This document shows positions 14,484 through 28,634 of a stretch of 64,000 nucleotides of DNA, piece by piece; the first letter of the stretch is position 1; each line of letters starts with the position of its first letter. Origin of the DNA: Eledone cirrhosa (lineage: Eukaryota). Below the pieces are notes generated by a model. That model did not search any database, was not told where the DNA came from, and was given only the letters and a program-made list of their open reading frames with translations. The DNA lies in contig OZ024740.1 of NCBI GenBank assembly GCA_964016885.1, positions 123,814,001 through 123,878,000 on the forward strand, written 5' to 3'. The position numbers and the translations under genes are program-made.

Positions 14484-14696
14484 TCAACACATATATTTTT
14501 ATTGTTTGACCCGAATTACTTGGTCGTTTGTTTTGGCTGTGCGGATGATCTGTTTAACCATCATCTCAGTGTGTTTGGCCCTTAAAGTATGTTGTAGCTC
14601 TGATTCACAGGAATCATCGAGCGCTTGCCACACATATCGGACGTTGATTTTCGTTAATTCCTGAGCTGAAATACGATTCTCGCTAATTTATATTTG

Positions 14697-14824
<128 letters not shown>

Positions 14825-15272
14825 AGGCTCCTGCAATTCCCATCTACCAAATCTTACTGACAACTCACTGCTCAAACAGAATGTATAGTAAGAAAGACCT
14901 ACATGTGTTAACAGGAAGAGGAATTCATCCTGAAAAAGATGATTGTTCTTATCCACACAGCCATACTTGCTTTTATATATATTCTATTAGCTGCAAAGCT
15001 ATATCAGGCAGTAAAGAGCCAAGAGATTCATATTTATACAGAATTTTAAGTACAAAATATTTGGATATTTAGTGTCTGGTAGATCTTTGTGACTGTATTA
15101 AAATATACATTACTTTATCCATGTACTGATTTTTGTTTTTCCTGTTTGTAGAGCCAAGCCTATAACAACCTAACACCATCATCGTTTAACATCCATTTTT
15201 CATGCTAGTATGTATCAGATGAGTTGTCTCATTTTGAGACAGGACAGATCAGTTGACCATGTTTGCTCATGG

Positions 15273-15307
<35 letters not shown>

Positions 15308-15315
15308 GGGGGGGG

Positions 15316-15625
15316 GTGTAATAGTAATGTGCGTGAATGGCGAAGCATAAACGAATTGATAGAGAGACTAAGCATAAGATGTATCAAATGCTGTGTTCTG
15401 GAGAAGAAATTGCATTGGTATGGACATGTGATGTATATGAAGGATGACAGCTGTATAAAAATGTGCAGGACAATGAAAATTGATGGAAGCTACAGAGTGG
15501 GTAGACCAACAAAAACCTGGGGCGAGGTGATAAAAACTGACCTTGCTCACTTACACCTCTCTAAGACAATGACACTTGATCGAGATCTTTGGTGCCATGC
15601 AGTTGTACAGAAAACCCGACTGCCA
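15316..15625 (+). mobile_element. RTE LINE 3' coding fragment
   Basis: ORF 15263..15700 KLHWYGHVM...GRPTKTW...DRDLW is homologous to 45835..46515. Confidence 0.8.
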
Positions 15626-15899
15626 TATCCACCTAACATTCACTCTTTGACATTAGAGATAGAACAGATTCTCTATACCATTTCCTGCAGCATGACTTAG
15701 CAAGCTATTTAGAACCATGGTTTAACCACTTTACTTCCCTCCGAAGAAGAGATATTATCTAAAAAATTAAGGATATTTAAATAAATTTAAGGTAAAAGAC
15801 TAATTGTCAACAATATCTTTTGCATTTGCATTTATATTCTATATCCATACCTGCATTGTTTAGGCTTTACAAATACAAACGTTTATACCTCATTAAACA

Positions 15900-18477
15900 A
15901 TGCTTCAAGTAAACTATAACTTCTTCCTTTCCTTACGCCTGAGCCAGGCCCAGTTCACAACTGTAAAGAAACTCTTCCAGCTATCTAAAAAGCGCGCCAA
16001 AGCCGGCTGCCAAATAAACTTCCTCAAACGATGCCTGAATAACAACAGCATCCCCCAAACTATCAAAAACTTGCATCTACCAACATGCTTCAAACCACCA
16101 GCCCTCAAACCATCACTTAGCTACATACAAAAATTCTGCCTAAGAAAACTCATACACCTATACCGCACGCTACAACAACACATACGGACTATTTCCAGCT
16201 TTGTACCACAACTCGCTGAAACCCCTGAACCTCTGCCCAGAGTTATCCCCGCCGCTATAGACATGTCATACCACCATCGCCGAGACTACGAGAAAATACA
16301 CCTAACGCAAAAATTTCTCAAACTCAGCACGACTAACCGTCTTAACAACAACCCAACTCTAAGCACCAACAGAGGCGAACAAGACGGTACTAACACCGAA
16401 CCTAGCAACCTAGCGGCGCCCCGACCAACAACACACCTAATTCAAAACACCTCGTCACAGACTTGACAGGAACCCTCTCCCGAGAGGAATTAGACCTCCT
16501 CAGCCTGGGTCCCAAGTTCATATTGAAACAGAGACTGGACGACAAATTATGGCTCGACATAGAAACGAATTTCTGTCGGGCTGCCTACCAACAAAAAATG
16601 GATATCGACTCTCGGCAACAACACCACGGAATCTAACAAACCCAGATTCCCGATATACCAACTGGATCACCCACTCTGTCCACCGCCTGCCAACCGCGAG
16701 CTTGAAGAAAAACTCTCGAGGCTAAAACATTCCGTATTTAGCATCTTACGGAAACAGAAGAAGATAGCCCCAAACCTCTCCAGGACACAACAACTCGCCC
16801 TGAAGAACCTACGGAATAGGGAACTTATATACTTACCATCCGACAAAGGTAAAGAGTTTTGTGTCATCTCTCGAGCCCCATACAACAACCTAGCCTTTGA
16901 ACACCTAAGCGACAATGATATACAGAGATCCCGGACATGACTGCAGCCCTGATCGAAAAACAGGCCAACCCCATCTGGTTAGACATCTGTAGGAGAAGAC
17001 AACTCCCAAATAAAGTTATACTCAACTACACCACTAGAAATATCAGACTGCCCACTTTCTACCACCTCATCAAGACCCACAAGATTAGTATTAAGACACA
17101 AATAAGACCCATCGTCTCTAGCATAGAAGGATCCCTATACAAAATCTCCTGACTCCTCTCCCAGGTCCTCAAGCTTCTACTCTCCATCTTCCCCGGGCAT
17201 GTCAGTAGCTCCGACGAAGTCATACATAGACTACACCAACTCCAGCCAGAACAACTTAAACTAAATAGATACGCCTTTAGCCTCGACGTTGTCTCCATCT
17301 ACACTACAGTCCCTGCTCATCCAGCTGTCGATTTATTGACGGACTGCGTGGTTGCAGAGGACATCCACTGCTACGGCCTCCATCCGACGGACATACACCA
17401 GCTTTTGTCCTTCACAGTGGACAACACGTACTTCACCTTCCACCACCACACATACATACAGACAACAGGATTACCCATGGGATCCAGCCTATCGGGCTTG
17501 CTGTCCATCACCCATATGAACCAGCTAGAATGCTGACACATCAACACCTGCTATTCCCATACCTTCTTCACCCGATATGTAGATGACATACTCATCCTTA
17601 TGTCATCCCGTGAGGAGGCGGATAAAATATACACAACATTCTCCAGCATGGACACCAGTATAATGTTCAGCATGGAACACCCCGATGACCGCGGATCCCT
17701 ACTGGATACCTACTGGACTTCCAACTCAGGGTAACATAGGAAGGCAACATGCACACCTGCTTCTATAAAAAAGCCGCCAGCAGGCACCTGTTTGTAGAAT
17801 TTCAGATCGGCCCTCCCAGCGGGCGCTAAGTTCGGATACATAAGGAATGAACTAACACGTATCCGGAACAAATGCACTGATGCTAAAGACCAAGACACAC
17901 ACACCACACATTTCCTGGAAGTACTCAAACTGAACGGAACCCGACGTCCACCACGAACCGTGCAAGAAAGAACAGAGGACACCACACCCGAAGCACTAAC
18001 ACCTGCTTCCTGAAGCTCCCACACTTCAGTGAGGAAACAACAACAGCCATCCGCAGAGCTATCAGACGAGAGGGACAAGATATTCAACTAGCCCACTCAG
18101 GGCCTTCTCTACGCGGACGGCTAACCAAAAGACACTCTACCAGACATGACAGCCACTGCAGGCTAGCCAACTGCCCCATCAACGACACAGACCTATGCCA
18201 CCAGACTTACGTCGTATACAGATTAGAGTGCGACAAATGCAGCAACTTCTACGTAGGTAGCACCACCAGACCACTTCACATAAGAATAAAAGAACACCTC
18301 AATACTAACGCTTCCTCATTTAAGAAACACCTAGTGAAATGCAAAAACACAGACAAAAACATAACTGTTAGGATAGACACTAAGGAAAGAAACCTCGGCA
18401 ATCTTAGAATTAAGGAAGCCCTGATTATAGAGAAAACACAACCACCAATCAATAATAGACTAGAACTCAACACCTAA
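15900..18477 (+). pseudogene. Disrupted PLE polyprotein: reverse transcriptase plus C-terminal GIY-YIG endonuclease
   Basis: ATG at 15900; LLSLGPKF; YLPSDKG; FYHLIKTHK..IRPIVS; YIQTTGLPMGSSLS; RYVDD (17573-17587); VVYRLECDKCSNFYVGSTTRPLHIRIKEH (18211-18297); TAA 18475-18477; stops at 17150 and 17534 plus frameshifts. Confidence 0.9.
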
Positions 18478-18836
18478 TTTATAACTTGATAGAGCACCTA
18501 GCCCCATACTTACACCCCCCTCTTACACACACTCACACGCTTACATCTCCACTTATTCTCTCTCTCACACACCCACATACACACACAAAGACCAGTTTTA
18601 ACACGATAGAGCATCTATCCCCCATATTTACGTATAGACATCTTCTCACACACATACTTACACCTTCACGTATTCTCCGACACACTTAAACATACATGTA
18701 CAAAACCCCTTTTAAAGGGAGACTACTCTTTATCCACCTTCACTCTTTTGACATTAGAGATAGAACAGATTCACTTTACCATTTCCTGTCAGCATGACTT
18801 GGCAAGCTATTTAGAATGCTGGTTTAACCACTTTAG

Positions 18837-18871
18837 CCTCCGAAGAAGAGATATTATCTCGAAAATTAAGG
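18837..18871 (+). ncRNA. Minimal hammerhead ribozyme in the 3' pseudo-LTR of PLE-A (5' copy at 15738-15772 has lost GAAA)
   Basis: CCT-CCGAAGA-A-GAGAT/ATCTC-GAAA-AT-TA-AGG: 3 bp stem I and palindromic AATT stem III. Confidence 0.65.
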
Positions 18872-19133
18872 ATATTTAAATAAATTTAAGGTAAAAGACT
18901 AATTGTCAACAATATCTTTTGCATTTGCATTTATATTCTATATCCTTACCTGCATTGTTTTGGCTTTACAAATACAAACGTTTATATATATATATATATA
19001 TCATCATCACCGTTTTACGTCCGTTCTTCCACGCTAGCATGGGTTAGATATGTATGTATATATAGAGAGATAGAACACTGGAAGGTAATATCCGTAGTGG
19101 TAGAGCACTCAGTCCATGGGACGAGTTTGGTAG

Positions 19134-19236
19134 AAGTAATAACACAACAGTTAGTTCACCATACCGAGAACTGAAGATCCGTATAAGGTGAAACAATTGT
19201 TCTTGGTATGGTGAACTAACTGTTGTGTTACTACTT
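19134..19236 (+). ncRNA. Hammerhead core at the apex of a 38 bp inverted repeat
   Basis: CTGAAGA (19171)-TCC.GTATAA.GGT-GAAA-CAATTG-TT; arms 19134-19171 and 19199-19236 differ at 2 positions. Confidence 0.65.
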
Positions 19237-19257
19237 AAATATATATATATATATATA

Positions 19258-19575
19258 TTAGAGCATTGGCCTTGTAATCGAAAGGTTGTGAGTTCAATTC
19301 TCACACAGGGTGATGTGTTGTTTCCCTGAGCAAGACACTTTATTTCACATTGCTCCAGTTTACTCAGCTGTAGAAATGAGATGATAGGGACTGGGGTCCC
19401 TATCAATCCACTGTAAAGTGGACGTGTAGGCACCACAGAAAAAAGCACCCAGCACTCACTGTAAATGAGGTTGGTGTTAGGAAGTGCATCCAGCTGTAGA
19501 AATCATGCCAGAATCAGTTCCCGTCCCACCCTTGCAAGCAGGGAAAATCGGACGTAAAATGAAATGATGATGAAA
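19258..19575 (+). mobile_element. SINE family 1 (tRNA head, CORE-like middle, RTE-derived 3' tail), slightly 5'-truncated
   Basis: B-box-like GAGTTCAATTC; near-identical to 32031-32372. Confidence 0.85.
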
Positions 19576-20267
19576 TGAATGAGGATATATATATATATAT
19601 ATACACACATATAAGAATGAGATTTTACTAGTTAATCATCATCATCAGCGTTTTATGTACGTTCTCCTATGCTAGCATTCAATTTAGTATTCCATACTTA
19701 AGTATAGTAAAGTGTAGATGCTATTAGAGGACAGAATGCCTGGTGGTCAAGCTTAAACTGCTTGGTTAGCAAAATGGGAAGTTAATCAAATATTTTTATT
19801 AACTTCCAATTTTGGCATTGAAATGGTTTAAACTAGATTATCAGTGATTCTATCTCATAATAGATGATTATTGTGCACACATGTCTCAGTGTAAAGAATA
19901 AACAATGATGAAAATTCACACAAATATGATTTCAACTCTTTGGAGATTTCTTGTTTTTCACTGTAGAAAGAAACAAATTAACCATGCTATTGGATATCCA
20001 GCATAAGAATTTCAATTTTTCTAACTGTTATAATGTCCACTCTCTCAGGGATTCATTACATAATTCCATTCACAAGCAATTGGTCAAGCTAAGACTATAG
20101 GTGAAGCAGACTCCAAAGTCCTATAACATGAGAATGAACAGGCAGTCGCTTGATTTTGAATTAAATCTCTCAACCACTAAGCCATGCTTTTTCCTTCACA
20201 CAAACACACATGCATGCGTGTGTTTATCTGTGCAACAAAGAGCTGGATATATAGACATGGGTTTTTG

Positions 20268-20300
<33 letters not shown>

Positions 20301-20370
20301 TAGATAGTTAGTTAGATGGGTGTGTGTGTGATACTTGAGATAATTATATATTTATATATACATATATATG

Positions 20371-20406
<36 letters not shown>

Positions 20407-20867
20407 ATGACATAGATCATATAGAAGAAATTAAGCCAGAAAGAAATATGATGAGAAAATTGATCGAGGGAGAAAAAAGCTGAAATTATGTATATATGTC
20501 TGAAAATAATAGAGAAGAAAATGCAAACACAAAAGTCAACTTGAATCGGAGACATCTTTTACATTACAAGTAATTTTTGCACTATAGAAGACAAGTTATT
20601 TATATGTTTTGTTCTTCGAGTTAATTCTATTTCGTGTCTATTATATTTTCTATTGTCTTCCGGAAGAAATTTTGTGATTAGCTGCAAAAATATTTTTCCT
20701 CTCATCTATGTATAAAAAGGAAGAAAAGAGGTAAAGAAGAAGGAAAATGAACAAACAAAAAAAAAACTGAGATATAGCTGATAATCTAACATTTTGAAGA
20801 AGTCTATGTATATGTTTATACACATATATATGTGTGTGCATGTATATATGTATATATGTATATATTT

Positions 20868-20899
<32 letters not shown>

Positions 20900-20932
20900 A
20901 TGTATATGTACATACCCACATATATATCTAAT

Positions 20933-20973
<41 letters not shown>

Positions 20974-21445
20974 AGATAGAGATAGACGTGTGTGTTTGTG
21001 TGATACAAATATCTATATGTACATATATAAGAAATTAAATATAAACAAGCACATCTGAATTTATGCAGACAGATATTCAAGTATGTAATCCATATGTATA
21101 TACAATTATACTGTCATATATAAATATGCAACATACAAGCATACATCTACATGTATGCACATGCATGTATATTATAAGTGTATATTAAAGTGCATGATTT
21201 GAAAAATAAAAGCAGAAAATATTTTTCACATTCAGGAAATTGCTAATTAATCTGTGCTTTAGGTCCGTGCTGTTCCTTTCCTGTCTACTCATTGCACAGT
21301 TTAACATCATACTTTGGCAGTAATCAATGTGCTAAAGAAAATTGCAGTTCTCTGAAGCCATAGGAATTCAAAAAAGCTTATTTTAGCAGTTAGCTGTCTA
21401 AGACATCCAGCAGTTTGATTAAATGTGAGCAACAATGCATTAATG

Positions 21446-21479
<34 letters not shown>

Positions 21480-21532
21480 TACGCACACAAACATAAATTT
21501 AGACACACTCACACATGCATATATATATAGTA

Positions 21533-21852
21533 ATAATTATTTCTGCTTTTGGCACAAAGCCAGTAATTATCCCAGTGCATTACTGGTACTTTATTTTATC
21601 GACCCCATAAAGATGAAAGGTAAAGTTAACCTGAGCAGGATTTGAACTCAGATCATAAAGAGCCGTAACTCTATACTGCAAAGCATGGCGTCCGACCCTG
21701 TACCGATACTGCCAATCCACCTATATACAATATATAGTAATAATAATTGTTTCTACTTTTGGCACAAGGCCAGTAAATACCCAGTACATTACTGGTACTT
21801 TATTTTATTGACCCCGTATGCATGAAAGGCAAAGTTAACCTCGGCGGGATTT
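21533..21852 (-). mobile_element. Two tandem copies of SINE family 2 (one full, one 5'-truncated)
   Basis: Reverse complement of GAGTTCAAATCC...GCCTTTCATCCTTATGGGGTCGATAAAATAAAGTACCAG; matches 28491-28634 and 49270-49452. Confidence 0.8.
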
Positions 21853-22104
21853 AATAAATGCAAAGACTAAAATACAAAAAGGGCTCGATAAGGATAAATA
21901 TATATCAAATATATAAGAACCCTAGAGCAAATATTTATTAAAATATTTTTTTAAAGTTTCAGAAGATCCCGTGAAGGGTGAAAGCAGCGATTCTTTGCTT
22001 AAACTTTAATCTGTTATTTTAATAAATATTTGCTCTACTTATATATCTGATATATATTTATCCTCATCGAGCCCTCTTTGGATTTTAGTCTTCAAATTTA
22101 TTAT
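21853..22104. repeat. ~250 bp imperfect palindrome with a hammerhead motif at the apex (21951-22009, plus strand)
   Basis: TTAAAGTTT-CAGAAGA-TCCC.GTGAA.GGGT-GAAA-GCA...TGC-TT-AAACTTTAA; stem I continues as ~100 bp arms. Confidence 0.75.
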
Positions 22105-22110
22105 TATTAC

Positions 22111-22473
22111 TATCTCTAACAAAATACACCCCGTCCCACCACCATCACCCCCACCCCATCCACACCACCCCGTTCTATGTAAAGTTATGTTGGTGCCGCG
22201 CTATCCAGGCCGAAACAAATGAGATCATGTAGGTGTCACGACAAAAAAACACACAGTCCACGCTGTAATGTGGCCGTGTAGGCAACACGGTAAAAACCTC
22301 CCAGACCCACACTGTAAATGTGGTTGGTGTTAGGAAGGGCATCCAACTGTAGAAAACCTGCCAGACAGTCCTATGCGAGCAAGACAATCACTCTTGCCTC
22401 AAGTGGGACTACCCCCGTCCAAACCCATGCAAGCGTGGAACACGGACGTTAAACGTTGATGATGATGATGATG
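22111..22473 (+). mobile_element. RTE LINE 3' UTR with (GAT)n tail
   Basis: Near-identical to 62279-62635 and to the reverse complement of 45443-45802. Confidence 0.88.
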
Positions 22474-22489
22474 ATATATATTTTTCTTA

Positions 22490-22704
22490 TCGATTGACTT
22501 TCGTCAAATCGGACCGAGGGAACAATGTTTCCGTTGGTCTTTCAAATTGCTAATACTATCTATCGGTCGCAACTCCAGGTAGAAGGAGCAACGTGAAATA
22601 AAGTGTCTTGCTCAAGGACATAACGCATCGCCTGGTCCAGGAATCGAACTCACAACCTTACGATTGCGAATCCAATTCTCTAACCACTCAGCCACACGCC
22701 TTCA
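22490..22704 (-). mobile_element. tRNA-derived SINE (CORE-like)
   Basis: Minus strand: GGCGTGTGGCTGAGTGGTTAGAG (A box)...GAGTTCGATTCC (B box)...GTCCTTGAGCAAGACACTTTATTTCAC; related copies at 26580-26780 and 29760-29930. Confidence 0.8.
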
Positions 22705-23829
22705 CTATATATATATATATATAAATATATATGCATATATGTAAACATTTACATATTTATATATATGGACATGTATATATATATATATATATATGTATAA
22801 TGAAGGTGTTCACTGAAACAGTTGTATACATATAAGTATCTGTATTTTGTATATCTAATGATATATGGTATGTTTACGATTAAACATTTGAAAGCCTTTG
22901 GTAGAATATGAGACTCGCCTGTCTGGGAGGTCAGTCACCTTGCTGTTATCCAATGCGCAAAAAAGAACAATATGCCACTATCTGTAGATAAATTTGAGTT
23001 AATTTACTTTGAAAAAAGGAATGCACTAAAGTTACCATATTCTCTTCTCTCAGGTGAAAACCTCCCTCTTCTATGCCCACTACAATCAATGACCTCGCAT
23101 CTCATAATATCATTACATATAGTGTGAATTTGACTGGTTAAAGGGAGGTAATTAGAAGTGACACTAAAATAGAATGGTTCCTCATAGGGATGTGTATGAA
23201 AATGAGAATATCTAGCCAATGTTTCATATGAAAAACTATATCGAATTAACCTATTTTGTCTCACTAAGATAGCTGTGACATGATCATAGCTTATAAAAAA
23301 ATTGAGAGCAAGACTCTCTTATTTGCTTTCATATACACCCCTATATACACAACCCCTGCTATAACCAATTAACAGCTTTAATGTATTTTAGCATATTTAT
23401 GAATAACACCCATGAATTTATTTTTGCATGTCCAAAATGGTATGTTCACAAGCTTATGCTTTTGCTTCTGTACTATTAATTATTTTTAATATATTTCCCG
23501 AAGAGATACAGCTTAGAGTAAAGCACCTATAATGGAGTTACTTAACTGATATGTTTTTTCTCCACAATTGATGAAATATTCTAGTTGCATTGAAACATCG
23601 TTAGATGTATAAATAAATAATAATAATATTAATCCATGGTCTTACTGAATTTTGAATTATGTATATATATATATTTATACATCCAGCTGTAGAAATCAAG
23701 CCAGAATCAGTTCTCGTCCCACCCTTGCAAGCAGGGAAAAAGCGGACGTAAAATGAAATGATGATGATTATATATATATATATATATATGCACACACATA
23801 TACTTATATATACTTATGTTATAATCTTG

Positions 23830-24360
23830 ACTCTCTTGTATGCCAGTGAGACCTGGGTACTCAAGCGAAGAGATGTTCGCAAACTTCAACAATTCTATTG
23901 ACTAAAACTTCATTAAATCCTACAGATTTCATGGCAGGACTGAATCATGAGCAATGAAGTTCTTCACCATGCAAAGATGGAGAGCCTAGAAACCTTAATG
24001 ACTTGTCATTGACTTCGATGGGCTGGACACCTTGCCTGAATGGCAGACATGCACCTACCCCAAAAAATCCTCTTCTTAGAGCTTGCATTTGGCAAAAGAC
24101 CATGTGGAGCTCCCCATCATCAATTCAAGGATCAACTCAAAAACATCTTGCTGCGGACAGAAATCAAATAATCAATTGGGAGTTGGAAGCTGCAGAAAGA
24201 ACCAATTGGAGAAGAACAATCCATGAAAATACAAACACCACAAGTCAAATAGAACAGAGGAAGAGAGCCCAAAGAAAATCCAGAGCTTTCTACCCACTGA
24301 ACCATCCTACCCTACCCTACCATGCAGTGGCTATGGACATCTTTTCAGATACAATATAGG
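23830..24360 (+). mobile_element. Degenerate RTE (BovB-like) 3' coding fragment
   Basis: LRWAGH remnant (~24014-24031); NWELEAAERTNWRR in ORF 24003..24359. Confidence 0.65.
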
Positions 24361-24726
24361 AATCATGTCACGAGTGAAACCACATGTGACAGACAGCACA
24401 TAGTGGCATGAGTGGTTTCACTCATTCTCTTACTATACCACGTGCGATATTTAGTTACCTGAATTATCTCTAGGAGTGCTGTTCATACAATTTTTACTCC
24501 TGTTTAGAAGCCCTGAGATTCTATGACACAGTTACTAATTTTCTGCGAAAAAAAATTTTATCTGTAGTTTGTCCCGGACTTTAATAATTATTGAAGTGGT
24601 TAGTATGTTTTAATTCACTTTTTCCGATTATTATGTATTTTCCGTTTTTTCATAGATTATCGGTATTGCGCCAGAGTGGTTTTCACCCCATGTCATTCAA
24701 AACACACTTCTTTCTGTGTTCATTTA

Positions 24727-24760
<34 letters not shown>

Positions 24761-26937
24761 TGCTTTCATTTCCTCCTTTAGGAAATTTCAGCAATATATT
24801 ATTACCATGGATTTTCCTTAGTATTATTTATGTTTTGAAGTTCTAGAGGTGACCGAAGTTAATTCCAGGAGTCATCTTCATCCCCACTGTTTTACATTTA
24901 TTTCCCATGATTGTATGGGTTAGATGGGTTATCAATCTCTGAAATTAGCAGATTGTGTCTTGCTCATTTGCTCCATTTTGGCCTGAGTTCTACAGCTGTT
25001 ATTTACACTAACCACTTCACACCATAATCCACATGGATTATTTTCTCATGGCATTAACACCACCATTACCACCTCACATGGTGGACTTTTTGCTTTCTTT
25101 CTAACACCAGCACTACCACTTTACAGAGTGTACTGTGTGCATTTCATCATGACACCAACAATTCCACATTCTAATGTGGGTTGAGCACCGAGCAGATTTT
25201 ATTGCTGTGCAAGTGCCACATTTCAACACTAGAATTATTGCATCTTTGGCTTGGCTAGGATGATAGTGATAGGGAGTCGGGGAGGGAAGAGAGCAGAGTT
25301 TGTGCTGCCTATTACTAGCCATGGAGGCAGGCAGAGTTGGAAAAGCCTTAGGGTAGGTGAGTGATATCATCCCATATTTTTGTGTGAGTCCAGCTTTCCA
25401 TATTGACATAGTTGATCAAGAGTGGGGAATTCAGGTATAAATTTGTCAGTGTGAGCTGTGGGGGAGAAGGGGGAAGGGACAGCAAAAGGTTGGACCTGCA
25501 TCTGGGTAGGTGGTTGGGGGGAAAAGACTATGGTGTGGAAGGGGTAAATGAAGTGTTTGAGATGGATGATTAGGTGAGGGGGATAGATAATCAGATGTAG
25601 TGTTACATATTTTTGCCCTTGATAACCATCCATCCCATGCAAGCTTCATCTCACTTATGTAGGGGCATGAGTCTTTTGTAATATAGCATATCATCAAAAA
25701 CATCATTATCAACATTATTATTAATGTTTCTATTTTGGAAATACTCAGCTATATATATTATTTTCATTCAGAAATTACTGATCTTTTTCATTTTATATTG
25801 CTCTTCTTTTCTTTTCTTCTTTAAGTTCTTCTTTAAGTTTAACTCGGTTATTCAAAAGCTGTAAAATAATTCTATTATGAGAATATATTTATAATTGTGC
25901 TATTGGACTGAACTATGAAATTTATATTTTTGAAAATAAATCCTAACAAAGACTAAGGAGAATTTTTTTGAGCTCTACAGTGAAAGTAAAATAAATATTT
26001 CTTCATATCCCAGTGGAATATTATACAGGTGGTTCCCAAATATCTTTGTTGTGGAATGTTTATACTAATTTTCACTAAATTGTAGAAACTATATCTATAT
26101 TTCATGTTGAATCCTACCACCATAATTCTAATACATCATTAACTGAAGCAAAAATCTTTTTTGAGAAACTATTTATTTCTATATAAAAAAAATATTAAAT
26201 TTTTATTAAAGTCTCACACAAGGCACCATTTCTATTATAGAGTTATTTGGTTCATTGGAAACCACTTGGAAAAACACTGAATTAGAGTATTAGTAAAGTC
26301 TTTATCCAACTTAGTACATGCCATCTGGAAGTGATCATTCTTTTGATTGTTACCCTATTCTGTAAGTATATTTCTAGTGAAATACATTCTATTTCAATTA
26401 ATGAAAACTGCTGAGTGATTTACTAAAATTGTTAATTATTTTAGAACATGCAGTTTTATATAAAATTATATTGGAACATTTTAATTTAAATAGGAACCCA
26501 TTAAAATAGGTAGTTTTGTTTTAAAGAACCAGAGCCAGGTTTGGCCAGGTTGATATCTAATTCCAGTATTTATCTAGAAAAGGCACGTGGCTTAGTAGTA
26601 AGAGAATTGGATTTGCAATCATGATGTTGTGAGTTTGATTACTGAACTGGGAAATGCATTATGTCCTTGAGCAAGATACATTATATCATGCTGCTACATC
26701 TGCCAGGAATTGTGACTGGTAGATAGTCTCGCCAATGAAAAGACCAATGGAAACATTGTTGCTTTGCTTCGATTTGATGAGTTCTACTCAGTAAGTGAAT
26801 GAAGTCTTGGATCTTATTGTTTTGTTCTCATCCCCAATACATACAATTATCTAATAAAACATATGGGAAATGTCATGACATTCATTGGTTCTACCAGACT
26901 GTTAACATAAATGCAGATGATGTTCTACTTAAACATC

Positions 26938-27608
26938 TATAACGGCAGCGAATATTCGAAAACGAATCTGAGCTTCCTGCCTGTGGGACTAGCCGGGGTT
27001 AGTTGTTTACGCCCGACAGACCAACCCCTTGGGAGATGCTAAACACAGGTCAGATGTTGTTTACGCCTGGTAAAAAAAGAGGTCAGATATATCCATCCTT
27101 CTAACTTCAATCCTTATAAATACAAGAGTTGTTTACACCCCGGCAGAAAAAGTGGACTACAGACAAGACAGGTCGCATTTACGCGCTCCCGTTTTGAAAA
27201 ACGTCTGTCTACTAATTTCTCACACGCCATTCCCGCTGGGCTGAGTGATTATTACTACTGCTAAAACAAAAAAGTATACTAATACGCACACATGCATACA
27301 TAGTAAGTTCACACTGTTTTCATTTCACACGCACCATTTCTGTTTGTCAGATTGTATCTTTCAGATACAATATAATTATATTATAATCGTATTCTGTGAT
27401 ACTTGTATTTACATAGCTCGAAGAGCCACCTACTTATTGTACGAATATTTCATGTTATAGATTTTACCATTCAATATTCAAATTGAATATTGTTATAATA
27501 AAATAAACTTTGTAACAACACAATCCTGGTATTATTCTTTGCATTGAAACCATCATACAAACTATTCCATCTATTCACTTATCCGTTACAACTGGAATAT
27601 TTGCTACA
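26938..27608 (+). mobile_element. Solo LTR (probably Ty3/Gypsy-type)
   Basis: CATC duplicated at 26934-26937 and 27609-27612; ends in ...GCTACA; terminal inverted similarity; AATAAA at ~27497; CpG-rich relative to flanks. Confidence 0.7.
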
Positions 27609-28490
27609 CATCTGTAGTTAAAACTAAGGCAAGAAAAAATCTAGTGAATTACTGGAAAAATTCTTGAATGTGGTGTATGAAATTAGACACACTAAGAAAA
27701 ATGTGTACAGAAGGGACTGAATAATCTATTGTGACTGGTAGTAGATGGGGGTATAATTTGCCAGTTTAGGGGAAAAGAAGCTGCTGTAATCACAGTAAAC
27801 AAAACAGAAATAGGAAACTGTATATATGAAATAGTGGTGATATATGCATGCATGGTCCTCTGACTCCTGAGAGAGTTGTAAGGCTGCCATATTGACATAC
27901 AGCATGTTTAGAGCATTTTTAAACATGGCAGAGCCCATTTCTTCTCCAGATTAGAATACAACAGATTTCTTCCAGAGAAGGATAGAGAGTGAGAAAATAT
28001 ATAGAGGAAGAGTTGACTCTAGTACTTGAATGGTATTTTTTTTATTGACCTGAAATTGATGAAAGGCAAAGTTGACCATGGCAGGATTTGAACTCAGGAA
28101 GCATGGAGCCAATATGAATAATGTAAAGCATGATAGCCAATGTTCTAATTACTCTGCAAATTAGCCACCTTTTTTGGTATATATATATAAATGAGTATAC
28201 CTGATGCCCTTCCTGGCATTAATGTTTTTAGTCACTTTTTATGACATGCAGAAATATGGATACCTATTCCAAACGAGATGTAATATATATTTTATACTTA
28301 TTAATGTATTTTCGTGATGGCAGCAGGAGTTGATGTACCTCAGTTTTCCCAATCAACATTCCATAATACAGGAAATTGATTAATTGTTTCAGCATGGCAA
28401 TTAATTTTTCAATTTTGCAAGGACTGTAACAGAAAGTATAGACAATCTGTTAATCTCATATAGAACACAATAATATTATATACATATAAG

Positions 28491-28634
28491 TTACGGCATA
28501 GAGTTACCGCCCTTGCCATTCTGAGTTCAAATCCCGCCGAGGTTAACTTTGCCTTTCATCCTTATGGGGTCGATAAAATAAAGTACCAGTAATGCACTGG
28601 GTAATTGCTGGCCTTGTGCCAAAAAGTAGAAACA
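28491..28634 (+). mobile_element. SINE family 2, 5'-truncated, with 16 bp TSD
   Basis: ATTATATACATATAAG at 28475-28490 and 28635-28650. Confidence 0.88.

Larger units (their letters stand above)
15626..18986 (+). mobile_element. Near full-length Penelope-like retroelement (PLE-A) with direct pseudo-LTRs
   Basis: ~260 bp direct repeats at 15626-15887 and 18731-18986 flank a single RT plus GIY-YIG coding region; ends in (TA)n. Confidence 0.92.

Noticed and set aside
14481-14695. CpG-rich insert between TA runs
   Set aside because: Likely another TA-targeted remnant, but no ORF or ribozyme motif could be supported
17150-17536. In-frame TGA codons in PLE-A read as selenocysteine (reported for some Naiad PLEs)
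   Set aside because: Context fits TGG or CGA to TGA decay, frameshifts are also present, and no SECIS element was recognised
23565-23605. HHR-like TTGATGA...GAAACATCG (also 24757-24797 minus, 55765-55835 plus, ~56005-56035 minus)
   Set aside because: Core or helices too degraded to call; probably decayed pLTR remnants
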